From sequence record MT446412.1: 64,000 nt of DNA, one strand, 5' to 3'. This stretch comes from Escherichia virus TH41. Positions within the stretch are counted from its first letter, which is position 1. Each line of letters starts with the position of its first letter. The notes beneath the pieces are model-generated. The model searched no databases. It was not told where the DNA came from and saw only the letters and a list, made by a program, of their open reading frames with translations. A program made the position numbers and the translations under genes. This document shows, piece after piece, positions 9,452-19,434 of the stretch.

Positions 9452-9595
9452 ATGGAATTATTTTTAGGATATGTCGTGTTATTCATGGCATTCTACACAT
9501 TCACAAGAGCTTGTTGGATAGGATTCTTTTCTACTCCTGACGGGTTCATTTCAGTAATTTTATTTTGCATTGCAATAACGGTGCTTGGCTTATGA
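9452..9595 (+). CDS. Hypothetical small membrane protein (47 aa)
   Basis: Strong SD GAGGAG 7 nt before ATG; hydrophobic; ATGA overlap with gene 47 start. Confidence 0.45.
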   Translation: MELFLGYVVLFMAFYTFTRACWIGFFSTPDGFISVILFCIAITVLGL

Positions 9596-10611
9596 AAATT
9601 TTAAATTTAGGTGATTGGCACTTAGGTGTCAAAGCTGACGACCCATGGGCTCAAAACATTCAACGCGATGGTATTTTACAGGCGATTGCATATTCCAAAG
9701 CGAATGGGATTAAAGTCTGGATTCAATATGGTGATATTTTTGACGTCCGTAAGGCCGTAACGCATAAGACGATGGAATTCAGCCGTGAGATTATGGAACT
9801 CCTTCGTGAAGCAGGAATTACTATGCACACGATAGTCGGGAACCATGACATGAATCTGAAGAATAAGATTCATCCTAATGCTATCACTGAGCTCCTGAAT
9901 AAGTATGACCATGTTAAAATCTATGATAAGCCAACGACTGTTGATTTTGACGGTTGTCAGATTGATATGATTCCATGGATGTGCGACGAGAACGCAACTG
10001 ACATTCATCAACACATCAAAACTTCTGGGGCTGAATATTGCATCGGTCACTGGGAATTAACCGGGTTTTATTTCTATAAAGGATTGAAATCCCACGGACT
10101 TGAGCCTGATTTCCTTAAGAAGTACAAGCAAGTTTGGTCTGGTCACTTTCACACAATTTCAGAAGCTGCAAACGTTAAGTACATCGGGACCCCATGGACA
10201 TTAACAGCAGGTGATGAGAACGACCCACGCGGGTTCTGGGAATTTGATACCGAAACCGAAGAGATGAAATTTATTCCGAATGAAACCACCTGGCATCGGA
10301 AGATTTTTTATCCAAACGAAACTATTAACTACGACGACTTCAAAGACTTATCAGTCCGTGTTATTGTAGAAAAAGTCGATAAAGACCTGACCAAGTTCGA
10401 ATCTGAATTAGAAAAGCGTGTACATGAATTGCGTGTTGTCAATAAGGTTGATAACAGTGTTGATACGACTGACTCCGAAGAAGAGTTAGACATAAAACGC
10501 TTAACTGATATGATGGCAGAATATATTGATGCATTACCTGACACCAATGAGAAAGAATCAAAAGCTCTTAAAGCATTGGCCAACAAATTATATCTTGAGG
10601 TGCAACCGTGA
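9592..10611 (+). CDS. 47: Recombination endonuclease subunit gp47 (Mre11/SbcD-like)
   Basis: MKILNLGDWHLG... phosphoesterase N-terminus, GNHD motif; 339 aa; precedes gp46. Confidence 0.92.
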   Translation: MKILNLGDWHLGVKADDPWAQNIQRDGILQAIAYSKANGIKVWIQYGDIFDVRKAVTHKTMEFSREIMELLREAGITMHTIVGNHDMNLKNKIHPNAITELLNKYDHVKIYDKPTTVDFDGCQIDMIPWMCDENATDIHQHIKTSGAEYCIGHWELTGFYFYKGLKSHGLEPDFLKKYKQVWSGHFHTISEAANVKYIGTPWTLTAGDENDPRGFWEFDTETEEMKFIPNETTWHRKIFYPNETINYDDFKDLSVRVIVEKVDKDLTKFESELEKRVHELRVVNKVDNSVDTTDSEEELDIKRLTDMMAEYIDALPDTNEKESKALKALANKLYLEVQP

Positions 10612-10871
10612 GACTTTATGATTTTAATGAAGCGGGGCTTGAACATATCCGCGAATGTGATGTGGTTGACGACGATAATCAACCGAATACTATTAAGTAT
10701 TGGTTTGAAGCTATCACTGACCGGGAAACTGGTCAACTTATCAAAGTCTATGTAGTCACCGATTGGGCCGTAGAATTTAGCTTTAATGTAATGGAAGATG
10801 ATACTCCAGAGACATTAATCCATATGGCTGAATCATGTATCAAGGATGCTTATTATGATGAAAATGTATAA
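10608..10871 (+). CDS. Hypothetical protein (87 aa)
   Basis: GTG start overlapping gp47 stop. Confidence 0.45.
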   Translation: MRLYDFNEAGLEHIRECDVVDDDNQPNTIKYWFEAITDRETGQLIKVYVVTDWAVEFSFNVMEDDTPETLIHMAESCIKDAYYDENV

Positions 10872-11070
10872 ACATGATTTTCATATTGGCGATGGCTGGT
10901 TCGGTAATGTAGAATGGGACGTGGATGGTTCTTGGTATACCGGAACTATGTATGTCACTTCTGAATATTCTGAAGGTGTTTCATGGGCCATGGAACTTGA
11001 CGACGTGTTTGCTTCTTCCGAAGAAATGCTAGAATATGCTGAACAAACAATTCGTGAGAACAATACATGA
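10858..11070 (+). CDS. Hypothetical protein (70 aa)
   Basis: ORF track frame; start uncertain among 10846/10858/10864. Confidence 0.4.
   Translation: MKMYKHDFHIGDGWFGNVEWDVDGSWYTGTMYVTSEYSEGVSWAMELDDVFASSEEMLEYAEQTIRENNT
11009..11035 (+). promoter_or_regulatory. Candidate middle promoter (TTTGCTTCT box, 15-nt gap, TAGAAT) upstream of gene 46
   Basis: TGCTT 11010-11014, TAGAAT 11030-11035; gap is 1 nt longer than the other three candidates. Confidence 0.25.
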
Positions 11071-12749
11071 AAACGTTTAAGTTAAAGAAAGTAACGTATA
11101 AAAATATTATGTCGGTAGGCCAGCAACCTATTACAATCCAACTTGATAAGGTCCAAAAGACCTTAGTCACCGGTAAAAATGGCGCTGGGAAATCTACGTT
11201 CCTTGAAGCTGTTACATTTGCTCTGTTTGGTAAGCCTTTTCGTGATGTTAAGAAAGGGCAATTAATTAACTCAAGTAACAAGAAAGACCTTTTGGTCGAA
11301 CTGTGGATGGAATATGATGGAAAAGAATACTATATCAAACGCGGGCAAAAACCCAATGTTTTTGAAATCTCTTGTGGCGGTAAACGTCTTGATGAATCTG
11401 CCAGCAGTAAAGACTTCCAAGCGGAATTTGAACAGCTCATCGGAATGTCCTATGCAAGCTTCAAACAAATTGTCGTACTCGGCACAGCTGGATATACCCC
11501 TTTTATGGGCCTATCCACTCCTGCAAGAAGAAAACTCGTCGAAGACCTTTTAGAGGTTTCTGTACTGGCCGATATGGATAAGCTGAACAAATCTCTTATC
11601 CGCGAAGTCAATAGTCAAATCCAGGTGCTGGATGTGCAGCATGATGGTATTGTTCAACAGATTAAAATCTATCAGGACAACGAAGACCGTCAAAGAAAAT
11701 TATCAGGTGATAATCTGTTGCGGCTGCAAACGATGTATGATGAACTTGCCACAGAAGCACGTGGAATCAAAACGACTATCGAAGAAGCAACGACAAGACT
11801 GACCGAGATAATCTTGGGAGAAGACCCTGAGCATGAACTCACGAAGTTAAAGCAAGAATCATTCCTGATTAAGTCGAAGATAGACGATTACCGAAAGGTT
11901 GTTGGTCTGTACGAGAAAGGTGGTTGTTGTCAGACTTGTGCCAGCCAGTTGCATCCAGGAGACCCTATTGTCGCCAGGATTGAGTCAAAGATTGAAGAAT
12001 GTAATGTATCAGCTGATAACCATAAAGCTCGCCAGAACGCTGTTCAGGAGCAATTTGATGCGTATTCTGCTGCAAGACAAAAACAACGTACAATAGCTCA
12101 AGACATTCAAACTAAGAAACAAACCTTAGTTCAGACTGTCGAAAAAGCTAAAAAGGTTAAAGCATTAATCGAGCAAGCTAAGTCAGAATTCATTGACCAT
12201 GCGGCAGACATTAAAATGCTTCAAGACCAGCTTGATAAAATAGTCAAACAGAAATCCGACCTTGTGATGGAAAAATATCAACGTGGTATCCTAACGGATA
12301 TGTTGAAAGATTCCGGTATCAAAGGTGCGATTATTAAGAAATATATTCCTATCTTTAATAAGCAGATAAATGCTTACCTTAAAGTTATGGAAGCTGATTA
12401 TAGTTTTACGTTAGATGAAGAGTTCAACGAAACGATTAAATCTCGTGGACGTGAAGACTTCAGCTATGCATCATTTAGCCAGGGTGAAAAAGCTCGTATC
12501 GATATTGCATTGCTGTTTACATGGCGTGATATTGCTGCGAAAGTATCTGGTGTTAATATTAACACCTTGATTCTGGACGAAGTTTTCGATTCAGCTACTG
12601 ATGTAGAGGGGGTTAAAGCAATTGCTACCATCCTGAACAAATTGGAAGACACCAACATCTTTATTATCAGTCACCGAGACCATGACCCGGAAGCATACGG
12701 GCAACATCTCCAGATGAAAAAAGTTGGTCGATTCACTGTTATGGAATAA
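11067..12749 (+). CDS. 46: Recombination endonuclease subunit gp46 (Rad50/SbcC-like ATPase)
   Basis: 560 aa (same as T4 gp46); Walker A GKNGAGKST; C-terminal LILDEVFD. Confidence 0.95.
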   Translation: MKTFKLKKVTYKNIMSVGQQPITIQLDKVQKTLVTGKNGAGKSTFLEAVTFALFGKPFRDVKKGQLINSSNKKDLLVELWMEYDGKEYYIKRGQKPNVFEISCGGKRLDESASSKDFQAEFEQLIGMSYASFKQIVVLGTAGYTPFMGLSTPARRKLVEDLLEVSVLADMDKLNKSLIREVNSQIQVLDVQHDGIVQQIKIYQDNEDRQRKLSGDNLLRLQTMYDELATEARGIKTTIEEATTRLTEIILGEDPEHELTKLKQESFLIKSKIDDYRKVVGLYEKGGCCQTCASQLHPGDPIVARIESKIEECNVSADNHKARQNAVQEQFDAYSAARQKQRTIAQDIQTKKQTLVQTVEKAKKVKALIEQAKSEFIDHAADIKMLQDQLDKIVKQKSDLVMEKYQRGILTDMLKDSGIKGAIIKKYIPIFNKQINAYLKVMEADYSFTLDEEFNETIKSRGREDFSYASFSQGEKARIDIALLFTWRDIAAKVSGVNINTLILDEVFDSATDVEGVKAIATILNKLEDTNIFIISHRDHDPEAYGQHLQMKKVGRFTVME

Positions 12750-12783
12750 TGCTTTAAACAAGGATGTTATAATAGAGGCTATT

Positions 12784-12975
12784 ATGGCTGACTTCTTAAC
12801 CGGGCAGCATTTACTGGCTGTCCCTGAAATTAAACGGTATGTGTTAGTTAATACCTTTTCGAAAGATGAACACCTTGTTACTGAACGTGACTTACAAAAC
12901 GCTTTCGGTGAAGAATATGTTAAAATAATCGCGAACAGACACAAAGCCTGGTTCGCATATGAATACTTTGATTAA
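12784..12975 (+). CDS. Hypothetical protein (63 aa)
   Basis: ATG preceded by GAGG at 7 nt; track start 12724 overlaps gp46. Confidence 0.4.
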   Translation: MADFLTGQHLLAVPEIKRYVLVNTFSKDEHLVTERDLQNAFGEEYVKIIANRHKAWFAYEYFD

Positions 12976-12999
12976 TTGATAATGAATAGAGAGAATATT

Positions 13000-13407
13000 A
13001 TGAACAACGTAACTGCTAAAGATATCCAAGTTAAAACCATCCGCACCGACGCCAACCCACATAACCAAAACCGCATCCGCAAATCCTGGGTCCTGGCATG
13101 TGATGAAGCATCTGCTACCCGTCTGCAGTCTCTGCCGCAAGAAATTAAATTCATGCTGTACGGTGTGATTGATACTGATGTATCTGATAAGTGGATTGAA
13201 CTGATGCGTAATCACTACAACGATTCACTGGCTGCTGGTGCTAAACTGGTTATCGACCGTGACGGTTCCGAACGTCTTGAAGATGATTATTGTGTTAACT
13301 CTGACGACCATCTGGTGCAAGCTGGTTCTATTATTGCTGCGCAACTTCCAGAGTATATTGAATCTCTTCCGGAAGCTATCCGCAAACAAATGGCAGTTGT
13401 TGCTTAA
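13000..13407 (+). CDS. rpbA: Putative RNA polymerase-binding protein RpbA (synteny-based)
   Basis: 135 aa ORF between genes 46 and 45 as in T4; no sequence-level recognition. Confidence 0.4.
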   Translation: MNNVTAKDIQVKTIRTDANPHNQNRIRKSWVLACDEASATRLQSLPQEIKFMLYGVIDTDVSDKWIELMRNHYNDSLAAGAKLVIDRDGSERLEDDYCVNSDDHLVQAGSIIAAQLPEYIESLPEAIRKQMAVVA

Positions 13408-13434
13408 TTTTTGATTTGAATAAAAGGTAATTAA

Positions 13435-14130
13435 ATGAAATTCTCTAAAGACACTATCGCAGTTCTGAAAAACTTCACCTCCATTTACTCTGGCATTATG
13501 CTTAAGCCGGGTAATACCATCCTGACTCGTTCTGTAACCGGAGCGTCATATGGTGAATCTGAAATCAATGATACAATCGACTTTGAAGCTGCAATTTATG
13601 ACCTGAACGGCTTCTTAAGTATCCTGGGTCTGGTAACTGACCAAGCTGAAGTATCTCTGGCTGAAGATGCATCGAATATCATTATCAAAGACCAACGTTC
13701 AACGATTCACTGGCCTGCAGCTGACCCGAGCACTATCGTGTTCCCTGCTAAGAAGATTCCTTTCCCGGTAGCTAAGGTTATCTTCGACCTGAAAGGTAGT
13801 GACCTGCAGCAGCTTCTGCGTGTGGCTGGTGGGTTGTCTCTGGATACTTTTGCAATCACCAACAAAGACGGTAAGATTGTTATCCATGGTTATAACCAGC
13901 TCGAAGATAAAGAATTAGCACGCCCATTGTATTCCCTGGTGTGTGGCGATTACGAAGGCGATGCAGCGTTTAAATTTATCATTAACAAACTGAACATGAA
14001 AATGATTCCGGCTGATTACCGTGTTATGCTTTGGGCGAAAGATGATAAATTTGCTACGAAGTTTGAAGGCACACAAGCAAGCTATGTGATTGCAATGGAA
14101 CAAGGCTCTAGCCACGAATTCCAAGATTAA
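13435..14130 (+). CDS. 45: Sliding clamp gp45
   Basis: 231 aa; MKFSKDTIAVLKNF... and IHWPAADPSTIVFP closely match remembered T4 gp45. Confidence 0.95.
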   Translation: MKFSKDTIAVLKNFTSIYSGIMLKPGNTILTRSVTGASYGESEINDTIDFEAAIYDLNGFLSILGLVTDQAEVSLAEDASNIIIKDQRSTIHWPAADPSTIVFPAKKIPFPVAKVIFDLKGSDLQQLLRVAGGLSLDTFAITNKDGKIVIHGYNQLEDKELARPLYSLVCGDYEGDAAFKFIINKLNMKMIPADYRVMLWAKDDKFATKFEGTQASYVIAMEQGSSHEFQD

Positions 14131-14135
14131 TAAAT

Positions 14136-14149
14136 GGGGCTTCGGCCCC
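14136..14149 (+). promoter_or_regulatory. UUCG-tetraloop hairpin (GGGGC-TTCG-GCCCC), no U-tract
   Basis: Perfect 5-bp stem with TTCG loop between genes 45 and 44. Confidence 0.6.
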
Positions 14150-14188
14150 ATGGAGTACAAAGTAGAAACTAATATGAGGAAAATAATA

Positions 14189-15166
14189 ATGGCAACAGTA
14201 ATTAACGGTTTGACAGTCAACGAATCCGACTTCATGTGGGAACAAAAATACCGCCCAGGTACATTATCAGAGTGTATTCTCCCGGCCCATGATAAAGAAA
14301 CATTAGAGGCGATTGTTAAAAAAGGTTTGATTCCTAACTTGATTCTGGTCAGTAGTTCCCCTGGTACTGGTAAGACAACAGTTGCAAAAGCTATGTGTGC
14401 AGATACGAATTCTGATATGCTGTTTGTTAACGGCTCCGATTGCCGAATTGACTTTGTGCGTAATGAATTGACTCGCTTTGCATCATCCAAATCAATCGAA
14501 GGTCGCCGCAAGGTAATCGTTATCGATGAGTTTGACCGTGCAGGTCTGGCTGAATCACAACGGCACCTCCGTAGCTTTATGGAAGCTTATTCGAGTAACT
14601 GTTCAATCATTATGACCGCGAACAATATTGATGGCATCATCACTCCGTTGCAGTCTCGTTGTCGCGTCATTAAGTTCGGTGAAGCAACTCCGGCTGACCA
14701 GACTACCATGATGAAAGAGATGATTCATCGTGCAGTTGCGGTATGTAAAAATGAAGGCGTTGAAATCGAAGACCTGAAAGTTGTTGCTGCTCTGGTTAAG
14801 CATAACTTCCCGGACCTGCGTAAGACAATTAACGAGCTTGACCGTTACTCTGCAAAGGGTGTTATCGATTCTGGTATTCTGAGTATCGTGACAAACAATC
14901 GCACGCCAATTGATGATGTGATTGATGCCCTTAAGGACCGTAATTTTAAAGTTCTCCGTGGTCTGGCTCCTAAGCATGCAAATGATTATTCAAGCTTCAT
15001 TGCAAAGCTGGCTGATGAAATGTATGGCAAACTGACTGGTGCAAGTATCATCCGCATGTATGAGATTGTAGGTGAGAATAATCAGTATCATGGCATTGCG
15101 GCCAATACCGAAGTTCACTTGACTTATCTGTTTGCTCAACTGGCTGGGGAAATGAAATGGCTGTAA
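14189..15166 (+). CDS. 44: Clamp loader large subunit gp44 (AAA+ ATPase)
   Basis: Walker A SSPGTGKTT, DEFDR, SRC motif; ATG 14189 preceded by GAGGAA; track start 14090 is upstream read-through. Confidence 0.92.
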   Translation: MATVINGLTVNESDFMWEQKYRPGTLSECILPAHDKETLEAIVKKGLIPNLILVSSSPGTGKTTVAKAMCADTNSDMLFVNGSDCRIDFVRNELTRFASSKSIEGRRKVIVIDEFDRAGLAESQRHLRSFMEAYSSNCSIIMTANNIDGIITPLQSRCRVIKFGEATPADQTTMMKEMIHRAVAVCKNEGVEIEDLKVVAALVKHNFPDLRKTINELDRYSAKGVIDSGILSIVTNNRTPIDDVIDALKDRNFKVLRGLAPKHANDYSSFIAKLADEMYGKLTGASIIRMYEIVGENNQYHGIAANTEVHLTYLFAQLAGEMKWL

Positions 15167-15735
15167 GTCTCTTTGATGATGACGTTCAATTAAACGAACA
15201 TGAGGTTGCGTGGAAATCACGCGACTTTAACAAAATTCAGGAATTGTCCGATTCATACAAAGAGAAAGCAGAAAATGAATTGTTCGCGATTCTTAACGAC
15301 ATAACCGTTAGCAAAAAACCACGGAACCTGATTCAATCGGAAAACTACAATAAATTCTGGCTGGATAACGCATTGAGTCAACATGTTGATTGCATCATGC
15401 AGGTGAACGTGATGAACTTAATCGGTTCCGGGTTAACAGACCAGCAGCATTATAATTATTTGCTGCATGCAGTTCCGCAAGGTAAGCGTTACGGCAAATG
15501 GGCGAAGGCTGAACCGGATGTAGTCAACGTCCAGCTTGTGCTCAAGCTTTTAATGAAATATTATACAATTAATGCAGATGATGCTTTGATGTATATGGAA
15601 ACATTGAAAGTCAAAGGTAGTCTTAAAGATGTTTTGAAAAAGACAAAAGGTCTGGTAACGGATGAATTCTTAAAGACCGTTACCAGTAATGTGAAAGAAC
15701 AAAAAGAAATTAAAAAACAAATATTGGAATGGTAA
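15157..15735 (+). CDS. 62: Clamp loader small subunit gp62
   Basis: 192 aa; overlaps gene 44 stop as in T4 operon 44-62-regA. Confidence 0.88.
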   Translation: MAVSLFDDDVQLNEHEVAWKSRDFNKIQELSDSYKEKAENELFAILNDITVSKKPRNLIQSENYNKFWLDNALSQHVDCIMQVNVMNLIGSGLTDQQHYNYLLHAVPQGKRYGKWAKAEPDVVNVQLVLKLLMKYYTINADDALMYMETLKVKGSLKDVLKKTKGLVTDEFLKTVTSNVKEQKEIKKQILEW

Positions 15736-15736
15736 A

Positions 15737-16105
15737 ATGATTGAAATTACATTAAAGCAACCTGAAGACTTCCTGAAAGTTAAAGAAACTCTGACCCGTA
15801 TGGGCATCGCAAATAATAAAGACCGTGTGCTGTACCAGAGCTGCCACATCCTCCAAAAGCAAGGTCGTTATTATATTGTTCACTTCAAAGAAATGCTGCG
15901 CATGGATGGTCGTCAGGTTGATATTGACGGTGAAGACTATCAGCGCCGTGATTCCATCGCCCAACTGCTTGAAGACTGGGGCTTAATCGCTATCAAAGAA
16001 GAAGAGCATAATGAATTGTTCGCAGTAACAAATAACTTCCGTGTTATTTCATTCAAACAAAAAGACGACTGGAAGCTCGTAGCCAAATATACAATTGGTA
16101 ATTGA
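15737..16105 (+). CDS. regA: Translational repressor RegA
   Basis: 122 aa (same as T4 RegA); immediately after gene 62. Confidence 0.88.
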   Translation: MIEITLKQPEDFLKVKETLTRMGIANNKDRVLYQSCHILQKQGRYYIVHFKEMLRMDGRQVDIDGEDYQRRDSIAQLLEDWGLIAIKEEEHNELFAVTNNFRVISFKQKDDWKLVAKYTIGN

Positions 16106-16106
16106 T

Positions 16107-16322
16107 ATGAAGCATGAAATTGAAACATGTGAACGCCTTAAAGAAGTATATGGACTTTCCCCAACTCAAACTATTTTTGACCTTTCCGAAGAACTTCAAA
16201 TAGAATTTCAAAAGGAACTCAATAAATTATTGCATCCTGGACAGAGAGTCTTCCAGGCTATGGTTAGAACTAAAGATGAAAATGGTAATCCGACCATCGA
16301 ACGTCGTACAATAGAAATTTAA
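16107..16322 (+). CDS. Hypothetical protein (71 aa)
   Basis: ATG 2 nt after regA stop; track start at 16095 is TTG. Confidence 0.45.
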   Translation: MKHEIETCERLKEVYGLSPTQTIFDLSEELQIEFQKELNKLLHPGQRVFQAMVRTKDENGNPTIERRTIEI

Positions 16323-16325
16323 AGC

Positions 16326-16346
16326 AAAGGGACTTCGGTCCCTTTT
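16326..16346 (+). terminator. Rho-independent terminator (GGGAC-TTCG-GTCCC + TTTT)
   Basis: UUCG tetraloop hairpin with T-run; TATAAT follows at 16351-16356. Confidence 0.7.
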
Positions 16347-16407
16347 GTAGTATAATAGCGTCAAGTCATAAAACAAAAGTCAATCACTCGACTATAAAGG
16401 AAATCAA

Positions 16408-19122
16408 ATGCAAGAATTTTATTTAACTATCGAACAAATCGGTGACAACCTACTCGAACGATATATTGACAAGAATGGTCATGAACGTGTTCGTGAAATC
16501 CCTTATGCTCCATGCTTGTTTATGCACGCCCGCGAAGACCAAGCTGCAAAGTATACAGACATCTATAATAAAGGTTGTGTGAAAAAAGAATTCGATTCCA
16601 TGCGTGATGCATCCCAGTGGATGAAGCGAATGAATGACATGGGTCTCGAAGCTATGGGTATGGACGACTTTAAACTCGCATACTTGTCCGACCGTTACCC
16701 ACACGAAATCAAATATGATTCAAGTAAAATCCGTGTTGCTAACTTCGATATCGAGGTGACATCTCCTGATGGGTTCCCTGAACCGTCTGAAGCACGTCAC
16801 CCTATTGACGCCCTGACGCACTATGATTCGGTAGACGATAAATTCTATGTCTTTGACCTTTTGGGCTCACCATACGCCACTGTGGAGCAATGGTCTATTG
16901 ATATTGCTGCTAAGCTGCAGGAAGACGGTGGTGATGAAGTCCCGGAAGAAATCCTGGAAAAAATTGTTTATATGGCTTTCGATTCAGAAGAAGAAATGCT
17001 CCAGCAGTATTTGGTATTCTGGAACGAGAAAACTCCGGTTATGTTAACTGGTTGGAACATCGAGAAGTTTGATATTCCATATATCTACAACCGCCTTAAA
17101 AATGTATTTGGTGAAGCTACAGCAAAACGTCTGAGCCCACATCGTCGTACAAAAGTTAAGGTCATTAACAACGGCTTTGGCGAAGAACAAGAAATCATTC
17201 AGATTCTGGGTATCTCTGTTCTGGATTATCTGGACCTGTATAAAAAGTTCAGCTTCACAAACCAACCGTCTTATTCGTTGGATTATGTTGCGGAATCTGA
17301 ACTGGGTGTTGGTAAACTCCCGTATGATGGCCCGATTTCTAAACTGCGCGAATCAAATCACCAGCGGTATATTTCTTATAACATCATCGACGTTTATCGT
17401 GTTGTGCAGATTGACCGTAAGCGACAGTTTATTAACCTGAGTCAGTCAATGGGTTATTACGCAAAAATGCAGATTCAGTCTGTATTCAGCCCAATCAAAA
17501 CTTGGGATGCGATTATCTTTAACAGCTTGAAGACTCAAAACAAAGTTATTCCGGAAACCAAATCGCATGTTCGCCAATCGTTCCCTGGTGCATTTGTTAA
17601 GGAACCTATTCCGAACGCATACAAATATGTAATGAGCTGTGACTTAACATCTCTGTATCCGAGCATCATCCGACAGATTAACATCAGTCCAGAAACGATT
17701 GCCGGGTCATTTGCGCCAGCCCAGATGTATGAATACATCGCAGGAACTGCTGACCGTCCATCTGATACATTTAGTTGTGCTCCAAATGGTATGATGTATT
17801 TTAAAGATGTTGCGGGTATTATTCCGACAGAAGTCACCAAGGTGTTTAATCAGCGTAAAGAGCACAAAGGCTATATGCTTGCGGCTCAACGTAATGGTGA
17901 ACTGATTAAGGAAGCTCTGCGTAATCCAGGAACTGGCACAACCGAACCAGAAGTTGATTATCGTCATGACTTTGATGACAATATGAAAACGGCCCTGCAT
18001 GGTCTGAATCAAACAGTCCTAAATGGTATGCTGTACAAAGCGCAGATGGAAGAAGTTGCAGGCATGACCGCACAGATTAACCGTAAACTGCTTATCAACA
18101 GTTGTTATGGCGCTCTGGGTAATATCTGGTTCCGTTACTTTGACCTGCGAAATGCAACCGCGATTACATCTTTCGGACAACTTGCACTGCAGTGGATTGA
18201 GCGTAAAGTTAACGAATACTTCGATAGTGTTTGTGGTACAAGCGGTGAAACTTATGTGTTCTATGGCGATACTGACTCCATTTATATCCAGTGCGATAAC
18301 CTGATTAAAAAGGTTGGTGGCGAATCTAAATTCCGCGATACAAACCACCTGGTTGACTTCATGGACAAGTTTGCGAAAGACCGTCTGGAACCGGCAATCG
18401 ATAAAGCTTTCCGTGAGCTGGCTGAATACATGAACAACAAACAGCACCTTATGTTTATGGACCGTGAGGCGATTGCATGTCCTCCGCTGGGTTCGAAGGG
18501 TGTGGGTGGATTCTGGACGGCGAAGAAGCGTTATGCGTTGAACGTGTACGATATGGAAGGCACACGTTATGCTGTTCCAAAATTGAAAATCATGGGTCTG
18601 GAAACTCAAAAGTCGAGTACTCCAAAGGCATGTCAGAAAGCTCTGAAAGAATGCATCCGCCGTATGCTGCAAGAAGGTGAAGAATCTCTGCAGACATACT
18701 TCAAGGAATTCAATAAGGAATTTAATGAGCTTAACTACATGACCATCGCAGGGGTATCATCGGTTAACAACATCCAGAAATATAATGAAGGTGGTTTCCC
18801 TGGATTTAAGTGCCCGGCTCATATCAAAGGTGTGCTTGCATATATGCGTGCAACTAAAGGTCTGAAGACTGTTCCGCAAATCATGGAAGGGGAAAAGGTG
18901 TATGTACTTCCTCTTAAAGTCGGCAACCCATTTGGTGAAACCGTGATTGCATGGCCATCAGGGATTGAACTCCCGATTGAAATTCGTGACCAAGTCTTGC
19001 AGTGGATGGACTACAACACACTGTTCCAGAAGACTTTTGTCAAACCGTTAACAGGTTTCTCTGAAGCTGCAAAGGTTGATTACGAAAAGAAAGCAACTCT
19101 TTTTGATATGTTTGACTTTTAA
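16408..19122 (+). CDS. 43: DNA polymerase gp43 (family B)
   Basis: 904 aa; exo motif FDIE, polymerase motifs DLTSLYPSII, KLLINSCYGALG, YGDTDS. Confidence 0.97.
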   Translation: MQEFYLTIEQIGDNLLERYIDKNGHERVREIPYAPCLFMHAREDQAAKYTDIYNKGCVKKEFDSMRDASQWMKRMNDMGLEAMGMDDFKLAYLSDRYPHEIKYDSSKIRVANFDIEVTSPDGFPEPSEARHPIDALTHYDSVDDKFYVFDLLGSPYATVEQWSIDIAAKLQEDGGDEVPEEILEKIVYMAFDSEEEMLQQYLVFWNEKTPVMLTGWNIEKFDIPYIYNRLKNVFGEATAKRLSPHRRTKVKVINNGFGEEQEIIQILGISVLDYLDLYKKFSFTNQPSYSLDYVAESELGVGKLPYDGPISKLRESNHQRYISYNIIDVYRVVQIDRKRQFINLSQSMGYYAKMQIQSVFSPIKTWDAIIFNSLKTQNKVIPETKSHVRQSFPGAFVKEPIPNAYKYVMSCDLTSLYPSIIRQINISPETIAGSFAPAQMYEYIAGTADRPSDTFSCAPNGMMYFKDVAGIIPTEVTKVFNQRKEHKGYMLAAQRNGELIKEALRNPGTGTTEPEVDYRHDFDDNMKTALHGLNQTVLNGMLYKAQMEEVAGMTAQINRKLLINSCYGALGNIWFRYFDLRNATAITSFGQLALQWIERKVNEYFDSVCGTSGETYVFYGDTDSIYIQCDNLIKKVGGESKFRDTNHLVDFMDKFAKDRLEPAIDKAFRELAEYMNNKQHLMFMDREAIACPPLGSKGVGGFWTAKKRYALNVYDMEGTRYAVPKLKIMGLETQKSSTPKACQKALKECIRRMLQEGEESLQTYFKEFNKEFNELNYMTIAGVSSVNNIQKYNEGGFPGFKCPAHIKGVLAYMRATKGLKTVPQIMEGEKVYVLPLKVGNPFGETVIAWPSGIELPIEIRDQVLQWMDYNTLFQKTFVKPLTGFSEAAKVDYEKKATLFDMFDF

Positions 19123-19124
19123 GT

Positions 19125-19154
19125 GTTTACAACGGCAATGGATTGCCGTATGAT
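19125..19154 (+). promoter_or_regulatory. Early-type promoter (GTTTAC-N18-TATGAT) with small internal hairpin
   Basis: Directly after gp43 stop; followed by CCCCATCAACTGATGAATAACTTGAGGA leader and ATG 19192. Confidence 0.5.
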
Positions 19155-19191
19155 TACCCCATCAACTGATGAATAACTTGAGGATATTAAA

Positions 19192-19434
19192 ATGGAAACA
19201 TTAATTGCGGGTACTGTTGTTCTTGGTGCAGGTTCTTTCTTCCTGGCTGCACTGGCATATTTTCTGCCGTGGATTATCGCGCTACTGCGTGGAACCAAAA
19301 GTAATTGCGGAATCTTCTTTGTTAACCTCCTGTTAGGTTGGACAATGGTCGGATGGTTTATTGCATTTATCTGGGCACTCGTTGCTGAACGTAAATCAAA
19401 CGCACAAGTAATTATCATCAAGGAATCAAAATGA
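19192..19434 (+). CDS. imm: Superinfection immunity protein Imm-like (two-TM membrane protein)
   Basis: 80 aa; two hydrophobic segments, motif NLLLGWTMVGWFIAFIWAL; adjacent to gene 43 as in T4. Confidence 0.55.
   Translation: METLIAGTVVLGAGSFFLAALAYFLPWIIALLRGTKSNCGIFFVNLLLGWTMVGWFIAFIWALVAERKSNAQVIIIKESK

Noticed and set aside
13401-13425. MotA box TGCTT upstream of gene 45 as a middle promoter
   Set aside because: No acceptable TANNNT -10 at the 14-nt spacing seen at the other candidates; left unannotated.
14090-14188. Upstream extension of gene 44 as given in the ORF track
   Set aside because: Would overlap gene 45 and its downstream hairpin; the ATG at 14189 has a proper SD (GAGGAA). 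The same reasoning removed long N-terminal extensions of genes 47, rpbA, modB-like, 25218, 37713, 38540, 45354 and 45995.
18019-18672. 217-aa minus-strand ORF inside gene 43
   Set aside because: Lies entirely antisense within the DNA polymerase gene with no RBS or promoter context. Treated as spurious, as are the other antisense track ORFs inside uvsX (20547..21260), gene 39 (39085..39579, 39760..40200), gene 41 (22328..22660) and gene 46.
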